The notes beneath the pieces were generated by a model. The model was given only the letters and a program-made list of their open reading frames with translations. It was not told the origin of the DNA and did not search any database. This document shows positions 33,458 through 41,119 of a stretch of DNA of 45,915 nt, piece after piece. The stretch is from a virus. The stretch is from positions 1 to 45,915 of the IMG/VR virus record IMGVR_UViG_3300012668_000094; one strand, written 5' to 3'. Within the stretch, counting starts at the first letter, position 1. Every line of letters begins with the position of its first letter. The position numbers and the translations under genes were made by a program.

Positions 33458-34065
33458 CACTTCCCCCATCGCAGGGGGATGTCGACACCCGGGTGGTCAC
33501 TGTCGATGTCGACCGTGGACGGTGAGAGCAGCCGAATCCTTGGCGGCGCGAGTACACCAAGCACCCCGTTGCCGCGGTAGTGCCGCTGCATGTTCTGTTC
33601 CATCCAGTCCACCGAGAGGTTCCAGTCGCCGGCCATCACGCCGCGACAGCTCTTGGCCCGGGCGACATAGGCAGCCCTGGCTGCCGTGGACCTGAGTGGT
33701 GGCGCATGGACCGCCCAGATCGGGACAGGCAGGCCCTTCGCATCCGCACCCACGATGGGGCGCATCCGGACGGCGGTCTTGCCGCTCCCGGAGGGGTTGG
33801 ATCCCACCAGGATCCCTACCGGCTCGAGCTCGAACCTGGAGGCGATAGCCACGCCGGCCTCCGGGGAGCCCTGCTCTCCATACTGGACTGAGTGGAAGCC
33901 GAAGTCCCGAGCCAGTGGTTCCAGGTTGAGCCAGCTGGCCTCCGAGAAGACCACGATGTCAGGGAGGCCACGCTTCCCCGGCAGAGTCAGGGCCAGTCGA
34001 GCCTCCTTCGCGGGGTTGCGCTCAGAGACGCCCTCGAGGTTCGCTACCCGCAATAGGGCCTTCAC
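33457..34065 (-). CDS. endonuclease/exonuclease/phosphatase (EEP)-fold protein
   Basis: 202 aa. ...DIVVFSEAS..., ...IWAVHAPP..., ...GDWNL..., ...DSDHPGV... in EEP motif order. GTGA overlap. Confidence 0.55.
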   Translation of the reverse strand: MKALLRVANLEGVSERNPAKEARLALTLPGKRGLPDIVVFSEASWLNLEPLARDFGFHSVQYGEQGSPEAGVAIASRFELEPVGILVGSNPSGSGKTAVRMRPIVGADAKGLPVPIWAVHAPPLRSTAARAAYVARAKSCRGVMAGDWNLSVDWMEQNMQRHYRGNGVLGVLAPPRIRLLSPSTVDIDSDHPGVDIPLRWGK

Positions 34066-34691
34066 TCGGTACCTCCTGGATTGGGCCCACCGAGGGCAGC
34101 CCTCAGTCGGCCGAGGATGCGCCGCAGACGGGAGTCCGCGGCCTTGGTGGTGCAGCCCCAGTCGAGCGCCAGGACGGCGATCTCCTGGTCGGGGTCCTTG
34201 ACCCCGTACACCTGTGTCAGAAGCGCTCTATCGTGCTCGTGGAGCGTCTGGAAGGCCCTCCTGACGTCGGCCACCATCGCCATCAGGTTGCCGCCCTCGT
34301 TGGAGGGCGTGCCCGAGCTGATCCGGTCCAGCTGGACGGATCCCGGGAGCATCCAGTCTGGGTCGAAGGACAGCACGAGCAGGTCTCGCACCATGGGGAT
34401 CGAGTAGAAGAACTCGTCCTCGGGGAGGTAGCCGTCGTGCTCTGACTTCTCGGCTCGGCAGTACCGCTCGCCGGCGTTCCGCAAGGCCTTGGTGATGGTC
34501 CGCTCGGCGTGGCGGTCGCCGTGCTCCTCACGCCACTTCATGGCCTTGTGGTAGTTGGCGAACAGCCACAGGTAGCACTCCTGCTGCACGTCCTCATAGG
34601 AGACGTGCTGGCGGTACCGGGCGGTCAGGATGCGGGAGGCGGAAGAGACAGCGGCGTGATCGGCCGGGGTGAAGTCGAACGTGGTGGTCAT
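34062..34691 (-). CDS. sigma-70-family (ECF-like, regions 2+4) factor
   Basis: 209 aa. EDVQQECYLWLF...ALRNAGERYCR (region 2-like) and DRALLTQVYG...TTKAADSRLRRILGRLR (region 4 HTH-like). Confidence 0.5.
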   Translation of the reverse strand: MTTTFDFTPADHAAVSSASRILTARYRQHVSYEDVQQECYLWLFANYHKAMKWREEHGDRHAERTITKALRNAGERYCRAEKSEHDGYLPEDEFFYSIPMVRDLLVLSFDPDWMLPGSVQLDRISSGTPSNEGGNLMAMVADVRRAFQTLHEHDRALLTQVYGVKDPDQEIAVLALDWGCTTKAADSRLRRILGRLRAALGGPNPGGTE

Positions 34692-34894
34692 GAGTGCAGC
34701 ACCTCGTCGATGGCCCGGACGGTCTCGTCCAGCGCGTAGGGAAACTCGGCGGGGTGGTCATCTCGCAGGAGGGTGGTCCTGCCGATCTTGTGCTGGTGGA
34801 CTCGGACGGAGATCTCCAGGCGGCGGTGATGCCCAAGCGTGTCCTCGTGGGTGATGCCTCCGCTGACGCGCTCCCAGCGCGGGTCGCGCATCAT
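34688..34894 (-). CDS. hypothetical protein (68 aa)
   Basis: ATGA overlaps at both ends. Confidence 0.45.
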   Translation of the reverse strand: MMRDPRWERVSGGITHEDTLGHHRRLEISVRVHQHKIGRTTLLRDDHPAEFPYALDETVRAIDEVLHS

Positions 34895-35670
34895 GCGATC
34901 CCCGCCGTTCGGTCGGAGCGGTTCCCGCGGAACCACTTCTTGTCGGTCGGGCAGAAGTAACGGGGGTAGCGCCGGGTCTTGGTGTAGGCGAAGCCGCGGC
35001 GTTGGCCCTGCTCACGACACGTCGGGCAGTGGCCCTCGAGGATCGGCTCATCGTCGTAGAGGGCAAGGGCCGGCATCGAGGTGAGATCGGAGCAGGCGTG
35101 CAGTAGCTCCTCGGTGGTCACCACGTCGCGCTTGTTGTAGCGGCGCATCTGGCGCCACATCTTCGGGTCGCCCTCGAGACAGCCGCGCCACAGCGCGAAG
35201 CCGTCGTTGGTCATCTTCCCGGTCAGCCTGTACCGCTCGGTGACGTAGGCCAGCTTGTGGCTGAGCCACTCCTCGTCGGCCTTGATGACCTTGTAGAGAT
35301 CGACCGAGGCGAACGGGCTGGGCAGGCCCAGGCCGGCCAGCCGGAACTCCCTATTCAGGTGGCGAAGGTCGAACTTGTCCGAGTTGTAGCCCACCACCAC
35401 GTCAGCGTTGTTGAGGAGCTCCCACGCCTTCTCGACCATGTGGTGGTGGCGCTCCTCCCAGGCCACCCGAGGAGCGAACTCCTCGGCCTGAGTGAAGTCG
35501 AACTCCGACTCGAACATGACCCGGTTCTCGTGCTCCCACTTCGCAGCGAAGCTCAGCATCCGGGTGGGCTCAACGATCTGGATGGGGGCGATGTTGGTGT
35601 TCCAGACCTGGAACGAGTAGCAGAGGTGGGGCGAGGTTTCTATATCTAAAGTCAGAACTTTACGCGACAT
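34891..35670 (-). CDS. DEDD/RNase H-fold 3'-5' exonuclease (PolB-exo-like) with C-terminal zinc ribbon
   Basis: 259 aa. N-terminal KVLTLDIETSP, ...GYNSDKFD..., C-terminal CPTC...FCPTD. Confidence 0.65.
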   Translation of the reverse strand: MSRKVLTLDIETSPHLCYSFQVWNTNIAPIQIVEPTRMLSFAAKWEHENRVMFESEFDFTQAEEFAPRVAWEERHHHMVEKAWELLNNADVVVGYNSDKFDLRHLNREFRLAGLGLPSPFASVDLYKVIKADEEWLSHKLAYVTERYRLTGKMTNDGFALWRGCLEGDPKMWRQMRRYNKRDVVTTEELLHACSDLTSMPALALYDDEPILEGHCPTCREQGQRRGFAYTKTRRYPRYFCPTDKKWFRGNRSDRTAGIA

Positions 35671-35767
35671 TGCGATACGTCTTCCCGCTAGTGATCTGAT
35701 AGATCACGTGGCCATTGCCCTTGTAACCATGGTCACGACAGTCGATGGTGAGGACCTTGCGGCTCAC
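35660..35767 (-). CDS. 35-aa ORF echoing the exonuclease N-terminus
   Basis: GTGA overlap with the upstream stop. VSRKVLTIDCRD... versus MSRKVLTLDIET... Confidence 0.25.
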   Translation of the reverse strand: MSRKVLTIDCRDHGYKGNGHVIYQITSGKTYRNVA

Positions 35768-36081
35768 GGCTTCTCCTCGAGGTCATCGGGGAAGAGGTTG
35801 GTGAGATCGGTGTCGATCTCGGTGGCTTCCTTCGCTACCTCGTATTCGAGGTGGCACTTCTCAAGCAGTGGCTTCGCGTACTCGAGTAGGTTGAGCACCT
35901 CTTTACGGTTGGCATCTGGCCACATGAGGCGCAGATGAACACCGGCCGAGGGGAACGAGAACATGAGGCGCAGCTCATCGCTGCTCTCAGGGTTGTCTGG
36001 AAGGATGAGCTTGAACCGGGCCATCCGGCCCTCTGGGTCGTTCGGGTCAATCGGGTCGTTCGGGTTATTGGGATCCGTCAT
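35764..36081 (-). CDS. hypothetical acidic protein (105 aa)
   Basis: ATG 36081, 4 nt after the primase stop. The longer track ORF overlaps the primase out of frame. Confidence 0.5.
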   Translation of the reverse strand: MTDPNNPNDPIDPNDPEGRMARFKLILPDNPESSDELRLMFSFPSAGVHLRLMWPDANRKEVLNLLEYAKPLLEKCHLEYEVAKEATEIDTDLTNLFPDDLEEKP

Positions 36082-36085
36082 GGAC

Positions 36086-36724
36086 CTACCCCTTGCTGAC
36101 GTACGCGAGGTATTCGTCGACGCCGTGCTCGAGCACGTAGGAGTTGACGTCATAGCCCTCGGGCATCGGTCGCCGGATCGAGTTGGGGAGGTTGCGCGCC
36201 AGGGTTGCAACGAACTCTCGGCCGGCTTTGTCTCCGTCGCCAACGATGATGACTCTTTCATAGTCATCGAAGAGGCGGTAGTAGAACGGCTTCCAATTGG
36301 TGGCACCGGGCACACCCACCGCGGGCATTCCTGCCTGCGTGGAGATCAGTGCATCCAGCTCACCCTCGGTCACGGCCACGGTGTCGGTGGGCTGGTGCAG
36401 AGCACCGACGTTGTAGAGGTGGGTGCTATCCCCCGAAACACCCTGGTACTTGCCGTGCTCGAGGTCGCCGCAGTTGTGATCCTCGAGGCAACGGAACCTC
36501 ATGTAGACCACTCCTGTTGGGGTGATGAATGGGATGGACAGTCGGCCGGCGTACTGGTGGTGAACCGGGTCAGGGTCGACCACGAGACCAAGGAGAAACC
36601 CAGTTGCGGCGTCCTGGTCGATGCCCCGAGCGGCGAGGTAGGAGACCGTCTTCTCGTCCAGAGCTTCGTGATAGGCCCTTGCCAGACCCTCCAGATAGCT
36701 CTTCTGCGACTCGCTTGGCCTCAC
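36086..36724 (-). CDS. DNA primase, RNA-polymerase/TOPRIM part
   Basis: 212 aa. YLAARGID...LGLV and AVTEGELDALIS...VIIVGDGDKAGREF (TOPRIM). GTG start lies inside the zinc-finger ORF. Confidence 0.8.
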   Translation of the reverse strand: MRPSESQKSYLEGLARAYHEALDEKTVSYLAARGIDQDAATGFLLGLVVDPDPVHHQYAGRLSIPFITPTGVVYMRFRCLEDHNCGDLEHGKYQGVSGDSTHLYNVGALHQPTDTVAVTEGELDALISTQAGMPAVGVPGATNWKPFYYRLFDDYERVIIVGDGDKAGREFVATLARNLPNSIRRPMPEGYDVNSYVLEHGVDEYLAYVSKG

Positions 36725-36935
36725 GGAACTCCAACCCCTCTTGTGTCATCAGGAGCTCGATGGCGTCCCCTCGTACTTGGCATGTGAAGCAATTGAAGAC
36801 GCCCTCCTCGAGGTTCACGGAGGCCGAGGCTCGGCGGTCCTGGTGGAACGGGCACCGGACCTGCTGGTTGCCCTGGCGAGCGGCGTTGTACTCGACCCCG
36901 TACTTGTCGAGGATCGGCCCGATCTCGAGGGTCAC
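36570..36935 (-). CDS. DNA primase, CHC2 zinc-finger part
   Basis: CPFHQDRRASASV...FNCFTCQVRGDAIELLM. The last ~40 codons are Arg/Gly-rich and overlap the TOPRIM ORF by 155 nt. Confidence 0.75.
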   Translation of the reverse strand: MTLEIGPILDKYGVEYNAARQGNQQVRCPFHQDRRASASVNLEEGVFNCFTCQVRGDAIELLMTQEGLEFREAKRVAEELSGGSGKGLSRSSGREDGLLPRRSGHRPGRRNWVSPWSRGRP

Positions 36936-37078
36936 GGCCTATCCCTCCGGATCCACCACAGCCACTCGGCGTGCTCCCACGCCTTCTCCCAGGTATCGAA
37001 GGCGGTGGAGTCCCACCAATCGCCGTGGTCCATCAGGGCTACCCAGTAGCCCCCGTCCTTGAAGACCGCGGCCTTCAC
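36932..37078 (-). CDS. 48-aa Trp-rich small protein
   Basis: GTGA overlaps at both ends. Hand translation: VKAAVFKDGGYWVALMDHGDWWDSTAFDTWEKAWEHAEWLWWIRRDRP. Confidence 0.45.
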   Translation of the reverse strand: MKAAVFKDGGYWVALMDHGDWWDSTAFDTWEKAWEHAEWLWWIRRDRP

Positions 37079-37416
37079 GGCTTGAACCGGTCGTCATAGT
37101 CAGGGTGCTCACGCATGAAGGCGAGCATCGCCAGACAGTGCCAAGCAGCGTGAGCCAAGTGGGGCAGGCCGGACTCCTCGTCGAGGTCCTCTCCTGACCA
37201 GAACAGCATCAGGTGTCGCTGGCAGGCGTCGAAGGACAGCGACCAGGGGTACCCCCGCATGTAGTTGAGGCGGTCGTACTTCTCCTCACCGAAGCCGGCC
37301 ACCCTCGCCACATCCAAGATGGCCTGGGGGTCGATGGATCCCAGACGCGCCCGCTTGGCACCCTTGGATCCACCAGTCTCGGAGGTCACGACGACCCCGA
37401 TCTCATGCCCACTCAT
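37075..37416 (-). CDS. DUF5664-like (dATP/dGTP diphosphohydrolase N-terminal-like) protein
   Basis: 113 aa. GGSKGAKRARLGSIDPQAILDVARVAGFGEEKY...RHLMLFWSGEDLDEESGLPHLAHAAWHCLAML. Confidence 0.5.
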   Translation of the reverse strand: MSGHEIGVVVTSETGGSKGAKRARLGSIDPQAILDVARVAGFGEEKYDRLNYMRGYPWSLSFDACQRHLMLFWSGEDLDEESGLPHLAHAAWHCLAMLAFMREHPDYDDRFKP

Positions 37417-37547
37417 CGCCGCTCGCTCTTGCGAGCTCGACGGGCCCGGTCCAGGTCGAGCAGGGTGGGCCGGACCTTGGTGTTGTCCTCGCACCACTTC
37501 TCGATGGTCTTGCAGGATCCGAAGAGCACCCTCTTGGGCATCTCCAT
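37413..37547 (-). CDS. 44-aa basic small protein
   Basis: Its stop overlaps the downstream ATG (ATGA). Weak RBS. Confidence 0.35.
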   Translation of the reverse strand: MEMPKRVLFGSCKTIEKWCEDNTKVRPTLLDLDRARRARKSERR

Positions 37548-37561
37548 CAGGTATGTGGGGA

Positions 37562-37924
37562 TCACTCGGTCACCTCGAAGCGCTTGACCGGGATGCCGGC
37601 CTCTTCTGCGAGGCGAGCGGTCATGCTCGCCCCCAGGCTGTCGTTCTTGATGAAGGCGAGGCAGACGTCGGCCCCAAGCTCCACCATCTGGCGGTTGCGG
37701 ACGAAGCCGGCCCTCTTGCCGTGGATGTCCCACTCGGCGGGATGGAGCTCGACCGTGGCCCCCAGGTCCCTTGCGACCTGCTCGCAGAGGGCATCTGCCC
37801 CGGTGGGACAGGCCCCACTGACCAGCGTCGACTCGTGCGGGTCGGGGCCCAGCTCGTATACCACTGCATCCACGATGGCCTCGAAGTCGTCCCAGTCCCG
37901 CGAGCCAGTGACCAGGATCCTCAC
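37562..37924 (-). CDS. SLOG/DUF2493-family protein
   Basis: 120 aa from GTG 37924 (GTGA overlap). VRILVTGSRDWDD...LVSGACPTGADALCE... Confidence 0.6.
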   Translation of the reverse strand: MRILVTGSRDWDDFEAIVDAVVYELGPDPHESTLVSGACPTGADALCEQVARDLGATVELHPAEWDIHGKRAGFVRNRQMVELGADVCLAFIKNDSLGASMTARLAEEAGIPVKRFEVTE

Positions 37925-38079
37925 AGCACGCCTTCCTTGCATATGCCGCACGAGCACCGCTCGTCGACTCGCCTGTAGGTGGGGAACTCCTTGCAGAGGC
38001 CGCAGCGACTGGACGGGAAGCCAGCGACCATCGGCCACTCCTGACAGCACTCACCGATGTAGGTGTGGAAGGTGGTCAC
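37921..38079 (-). CDS. 52-aa Cys-rich (8 Cys) zinc-binding-type protein
   Basis: GTGA overlaps at both ends. Hand translation: VTTFHTYIGECCQEWPMVAGFPSSRCGLCKEFPTYRRVDERCSCGICKEGVL. Confidence 0.5.
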   Translation of the reverse strand: MTTFHTYIGECCQEWPMVAGFPSSRCGLCKEFPTYRRVDERCSCGICKEGVL

Positions 38080-38453
38080 AGCCCCTGCCCCCTCAGCCAC
38101 TCGTCCAGCGTCGTCGTGACGTACGCCTGGGAGACGCCCTTCTGGCGGCGGTAGTGGACAACCATGAAGTCGACCTCGGTAGGGAACAGGCCGCGGTGGA
38201 TCGCGTAGTTGTCAGACTCGACCTCAGCCTGCTTGACCCAGCTGGCGAGGTTGAAGCCCTTCTCGCGCTTACACTCGATGACCACGCGCCGCTGCTCGCT
38301 GTCGTTCCAGAACTTGAGGATGACGTCGCCCTCGTCCTCGGCACCAGTGAGCACGAGGTTCTCGGCGTCGAGCCCTCGCTCGTCGCGCAGGTACTTCATC
38401 ACGTCCCGCTGGAACTTCTTGCCGGCCGCGGTGGCGTAGCGGTTGACAGGCAT
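38076..38453 (-). CDS. PD-(D/E)xK nuclease, Holliday-junction-resolvase-like
   Basis: 125 aa. ...GAEDEGDVILKF...VVIECKRE... Confidence 0.55.
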   Translation of the reverse strand: MPVNRYATAAGKKFQRDVMKYLRDERGLDAENLVLTGAEDEGDVILKFWNDSEQRRVVIECKREKGFNLASWVKQAEVESDNYAIHRGLFPTEVDFMVVHYRRQKGVSQAYVTTTLDEWLRGQGL

Positions 38454-39067
38454 CAGCCGATCCGTCGCTGGAACTTCTTGTAGATGTTGGGCATCCGCTC
38501 CCGGGTGGCGTCACACGGGCAGTCCTTGTAGGCGAACAGCGAGTGCGGCACATAGTCGGGCTCGGCGGTGATCGCACCACCGCGGTGCATCGCCACGAGG
38601 ATGTCCACGATGGACTCCTCGGCCTGCTTGGACAGCAGAGTCTTCTCCATGCCGATCACCACGATGGCTCGAGCGAACCGGTTCTGGTTGTAGCTGTAGC
38701 CGTCGACATCCTTGTCATTGACGGTGTGGCTGCCAGCCGCATCGAGGTACTGACCCTGGCCGATCCAGCCGGTCTCCATGTCGACGCCCCAGTTGTAGGA
38801 GAAGCCGGTCCTGAACCGCTCCCAGCCGATGCGTTCGATGGTCTGCATGTCCTTGATGAAGTCCCCCACCAGGGGACCGTGATCGAGGGTGACGCTGATG
38901 TGCTGGACCACCGTGTCGGCCGGCTCGATGGCCACCCTGGTCTCACGTCGAGTCAGGTAGACGCCCTCGAGAGAGGACTCCCACTGCTTGTGGGAGAAGA
39001 CCGGAACCGTGGCCACATTGCGGAGCTCGGACATGACGCGCTTGTTCACGCCTTCGGGCTGACTCAT
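38453..39067 (-). CDS. N-acetylmuramoyl-L-alanine amidase (Amidase_2/PGRP fold); endolysin candidate
   Basis: 204 aa. VVQHISVT (His), AGSHTVN, PHSLFAYKDCPC (His...Lys-x-Cys), as in T7-lysozyme-type amidases. Confidence 0.7.
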   Translation of the reverse strand: MSQPEGVNKRVMSELRNVATVPVFSHKQWESSLEGVYLTRRETRVAIEPADTVVQHISVTLDHGPLVGDFIKDMQTIERIGWERFRTGFSYNWGVDMETGWIGQGQYLDAAGSHTVNDKDVDGYSYNQNRFARAIVVIGMEKTLLSKQAEESIVDILVAMHRGGAITAEPDYVPHSLFAYKDCPCDATRERMPNIYKKFQRRIG

Positions 39068-39228
39068 CGGCAGTGCCCCACGGGCTTGAAGCTCTGGTAC
39101 ATCCCCTTGCCAAGGAGCACCTTGGAAACCTCATCGAGGGGATGCTTGGTCATGCGAGCGCTGCCCCCGGAGTCGCTCCCCTTGGTCTTGCACGGCTTGA
39201 TCCGGGGACTCTTCTTGGTGACACTCAT
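39064..39228 (-). CDS. 54-aa basic small protein
   Basis: ATGA overlaps at both ends. Tail of a longer unsupported track ORF. Confidence 0.4.
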   Translation of the reverse strand: MSVTKKSPRIKPCKTKGSDSGGSARMTKHPLDEVSKVLLGKGMYQSFKPVGHCR

Positions 39229-39530
39229 GCCACACACTCCTGGAAGTAGAGGTCTCCATAGACCTCGAACGGGTGGACCCCCAGGACCTCGAGGCAGATG
39301 GCGTCGAGGTGCTCGAGGGTGATCTTTGCCCCAGGTTTGGGGCGGCTGCCGTTGCGCGGCCAGCCGATGCCGCGTGCGGCCATGTAGTCGACCAGCGGCT
39401 GAGCCGGGAACTTCGGTGAGCACCCCTGGCGCTGGCGGTGGTAACAGGTGTTGCAGAGTCCCGGCTTCCTCACGGAGCGAGATCGGCGGGTGCAACCCCC
39501 GGCGACACACTCAAAGGGGCTGTCACTCAT
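39225..39530 (-). CDS. zinc-finger protein (CxxGC...GLCNTCYHRQR)
   Basis: 101 aa from ATG 39530, just after the upstream stop. The motif recalls Zn fingers of actinophage HNH/EndoVII-type proteins, but no catalytic motif is seen. Confidence 0.45.
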   Translation of the reverse strand: MSDSPFECVAGGCTRRSRSVRKPGLCNTCYHRQRQGCSPKFPAQPLVDYMAARGIGWPRNGSRPKPGAKITLEHLDAICLEVLGVHPFEVYGDLYFQECVA

Positions 39531-39651
39531 CGTCATCACCCCAGGTGTCAAGAGCGTCGTCAATCATGTAGTTGATCTCCTTGACGGCTTCCCAGATGCA
39601 GTAGCGAAGGTTGATGTAGGTGTCGAGAGCCCAGCCGATGAGGAACCTCAT
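39523..39651 (-). CDS. 42-aa small protein
   Basis: TAATG overlap with the helicase stop. MRFLIGWALDTYINLRYCIWEAVKEINYMIDDALDTWGDDDE. Confidence 0.4.
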   Translation of the reverse strand: MRFLIGWALDTYINLRYCIWEAVKEINYMIDDALDTWGDDDE

Positions 39652-40391
39652 TACGCACGGCTCCAGTGCAGGGAGTCCTCGTCGAGGCGGAACCACTCGG
39701 CGGTCATGCCGCTCTTGTCGCTCTTGCCGAACCGGTCCTTGACCACAGCGACCGGGCGACGGACGCCATGGTCGGAGGTGGTGAGGATCAGCGCCGGCTT
39801 CTGGCTGACCTTGCCGACGATGGCCTTGCGCGGAGGACAGGGAAGCTCCTTGATCCGGTCGTCCTCGGTGGTGTGGTGGAGCACCACGGTGGCCGAGTCG
39901 GTGGCCCGGGCCATCTGGACTAAGGCCTTCATGGCACGCCGTTGCGTGCCCCACTCATCCTCGGACTGCCCCTCCACGTCGGTGAGGTTGTCGACGATCA
40001 CGAAGTCCGGGGCCTTGCCCCAGAGCTCCCAGAAGGCCTGGATCTCATCGTCGATGGAGTCGTAGGTCAGGTCATCCTCGAAGGACCAGAAGAGATTGTT
40101 CATCTGCTCCATGGCTCCCACTGCCCAGGGGTCCTCGGCCTCGAGGAGCCGCTCTGCCTCAACGGCAGAGACACCACTCATCCACATGGCCAGCGAACGG
40201 CTGGCCTGCCCGAGCTCGGCTGAGTCGGCGGAGAAGTAGATACCCCGCAGGTCGTGGCGAATCCACCCGAGCGCCATCCATAGAGCCATCAGGCTCTTGC
40301 CGGCCCCCGGCTGGCCGGCGATGAGGGTGACCTCAGAGCGCCGGCAGGACGGGATGCCGAGCAGGACAGACGGCAACGGCTTGCCGCCCAT
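39651..40391 (-). CDS. RecA-fold replicative helicase/ATPase (DnaB C-terminal / AAA_25-like)
   Basis: Walker A LIAGQPGAGKS, Walker B FVIVDNLTD. Start set to ATG 40391 to avoid a 127-nt overlap; start uncertain. Confidence 0.7.
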   Translation of the reverse strand: MGGKPLPSVLLGIPSCRRSEVTLIAGQPGAGKSLMALWMALGWIRHDLRGIYFSADSAELGQASRSLAMWMSGVSAVEAERLLEAEDPWAVGAMEQMNNLFWSFEDDLTYDSIDDEIQAFWELWGKAPDFVIVDNLTDVEGQSEDEWGTQRRAMKALVQMARATDSATVVLHHTTEDDRIKELPCPPRKAIVGKVSQKPALILTTSDHGVRRPVAVVKDRFGKSDKSGMTAEWFRLDEDSLHWSRA

Positions 40392-40423
40392 GGAGCGGCT
40401 ACGCACCGCCCTCGAGAGGCGCT

Positions 40424-40726
40424 TCAATGCCTTGCCCGGTCGATCAGCTCGAAGCCGAAGAAGTTGCTCTCGGTTCGATAGCCCCCCCCACACTGCGGAC
40501 AGTGAAACGCCGGGGTGTGGGCGATTAGGTTGAGGTACATCTCCTTGCACTCACTGCACAGGAGGCGGTGGTGGCCGCACCTCTTGAGACCAATCCACCG
40601 GGCCGGGTCGGAGTGGTCCTTGATCTTCTCGGGCCAGATCCTCGGCCCGTCGCAGGGCAGGTCGAAGCCAAAGTCCTCATCGAGGACGACACGCTCATCC
40701 TCCAGGAGACCGACGTCCTGGTGCAT
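40424..40726 (-). CDS. zinc-ribbon protein (100 aa)
   Basis: CGHHRLLCSEC...HCPQCGG. Confidence 0.5.
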   Translation of the reverse strand: MHQDVGLLEDERVVLDEDFGFDLPCDGPRIWPEKIKDHSDPARWIGLKRCGHHRLLCSECKEMYLNLIAHTPAFHCPQCGGGYRTESNFFGFELIDRARH

Positions 40727-40729
40727 GGC

Positions 40730-41119
40730 TCAGCCCCACACCGGTTCGCACTTGTCCGTGGCGTTCTTGGGCTGCGGGCACATCCAGCCTTCCCAAGTGC
40801 CACGGGAGTTGACGCCGGTCTTGTAGGCCCGCTTGCCGTGGTTGCAGAAGCGGTCCTGGCCGATCACCTGGGCTCCCTGCTGGGGAGCGGGGGCGGCGGC
40901 GACGGCAGGGGCCGCGGCCGGCGCCGGGATGGCTGCGCCGTTGGCCCCATGGAACAGACCCTTGGTCTCCACGATGGTCTCGAGCAGGCTCTCCTGGACC
41001 GCCAGGAGGTTCTCCTCCAGCTCGGCCACGTTGTCACCACGGACGACCAGGAGCGCAGCTCCGTAGCCCTCATCACTCTTGAACGACACCGTGTAGGTGT
41101 CGGTTGCGTTCTCGCTCAC
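40730..41119 (-). CDS. hypothetical protein with Ala/Pro linker and C-terminal Cys cluster (129 aa)
   Basis: GTGA overlap. ...FCNHGKRAYKTGVNSRGTWEGWMCPQPKNATDKC... Confidence 0.5.
   Translation of the reverse strand: MSENATDTYTVSFKSDEGYGAALLVVRGDNVAELEENLLAVQESLLETIVETKGLFHGANGAAIPAPAAAPAVAAAPAPQQGAQVIGQDRFCNHGKRAYKTGVNSRGTWEGWMCPQPKNATDKCEPVWG

Noticed and set aside
37413-38054. 213-aa and 162-aa long forms of ORFs spanning the SLOG region; the 148-aa form of 39064..39510; the 330-aa form of the Cas4-like gene
   Set aside because: The 5' extensions are Arg/Pro/Gly-rich and overlap real upstream genes by more than 100 nt. Internal GTG/ATG starts coincide exactly with upstream stop codons and restore canonical N-termini (e.g. 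VRILVTGSRDW for SLOG).
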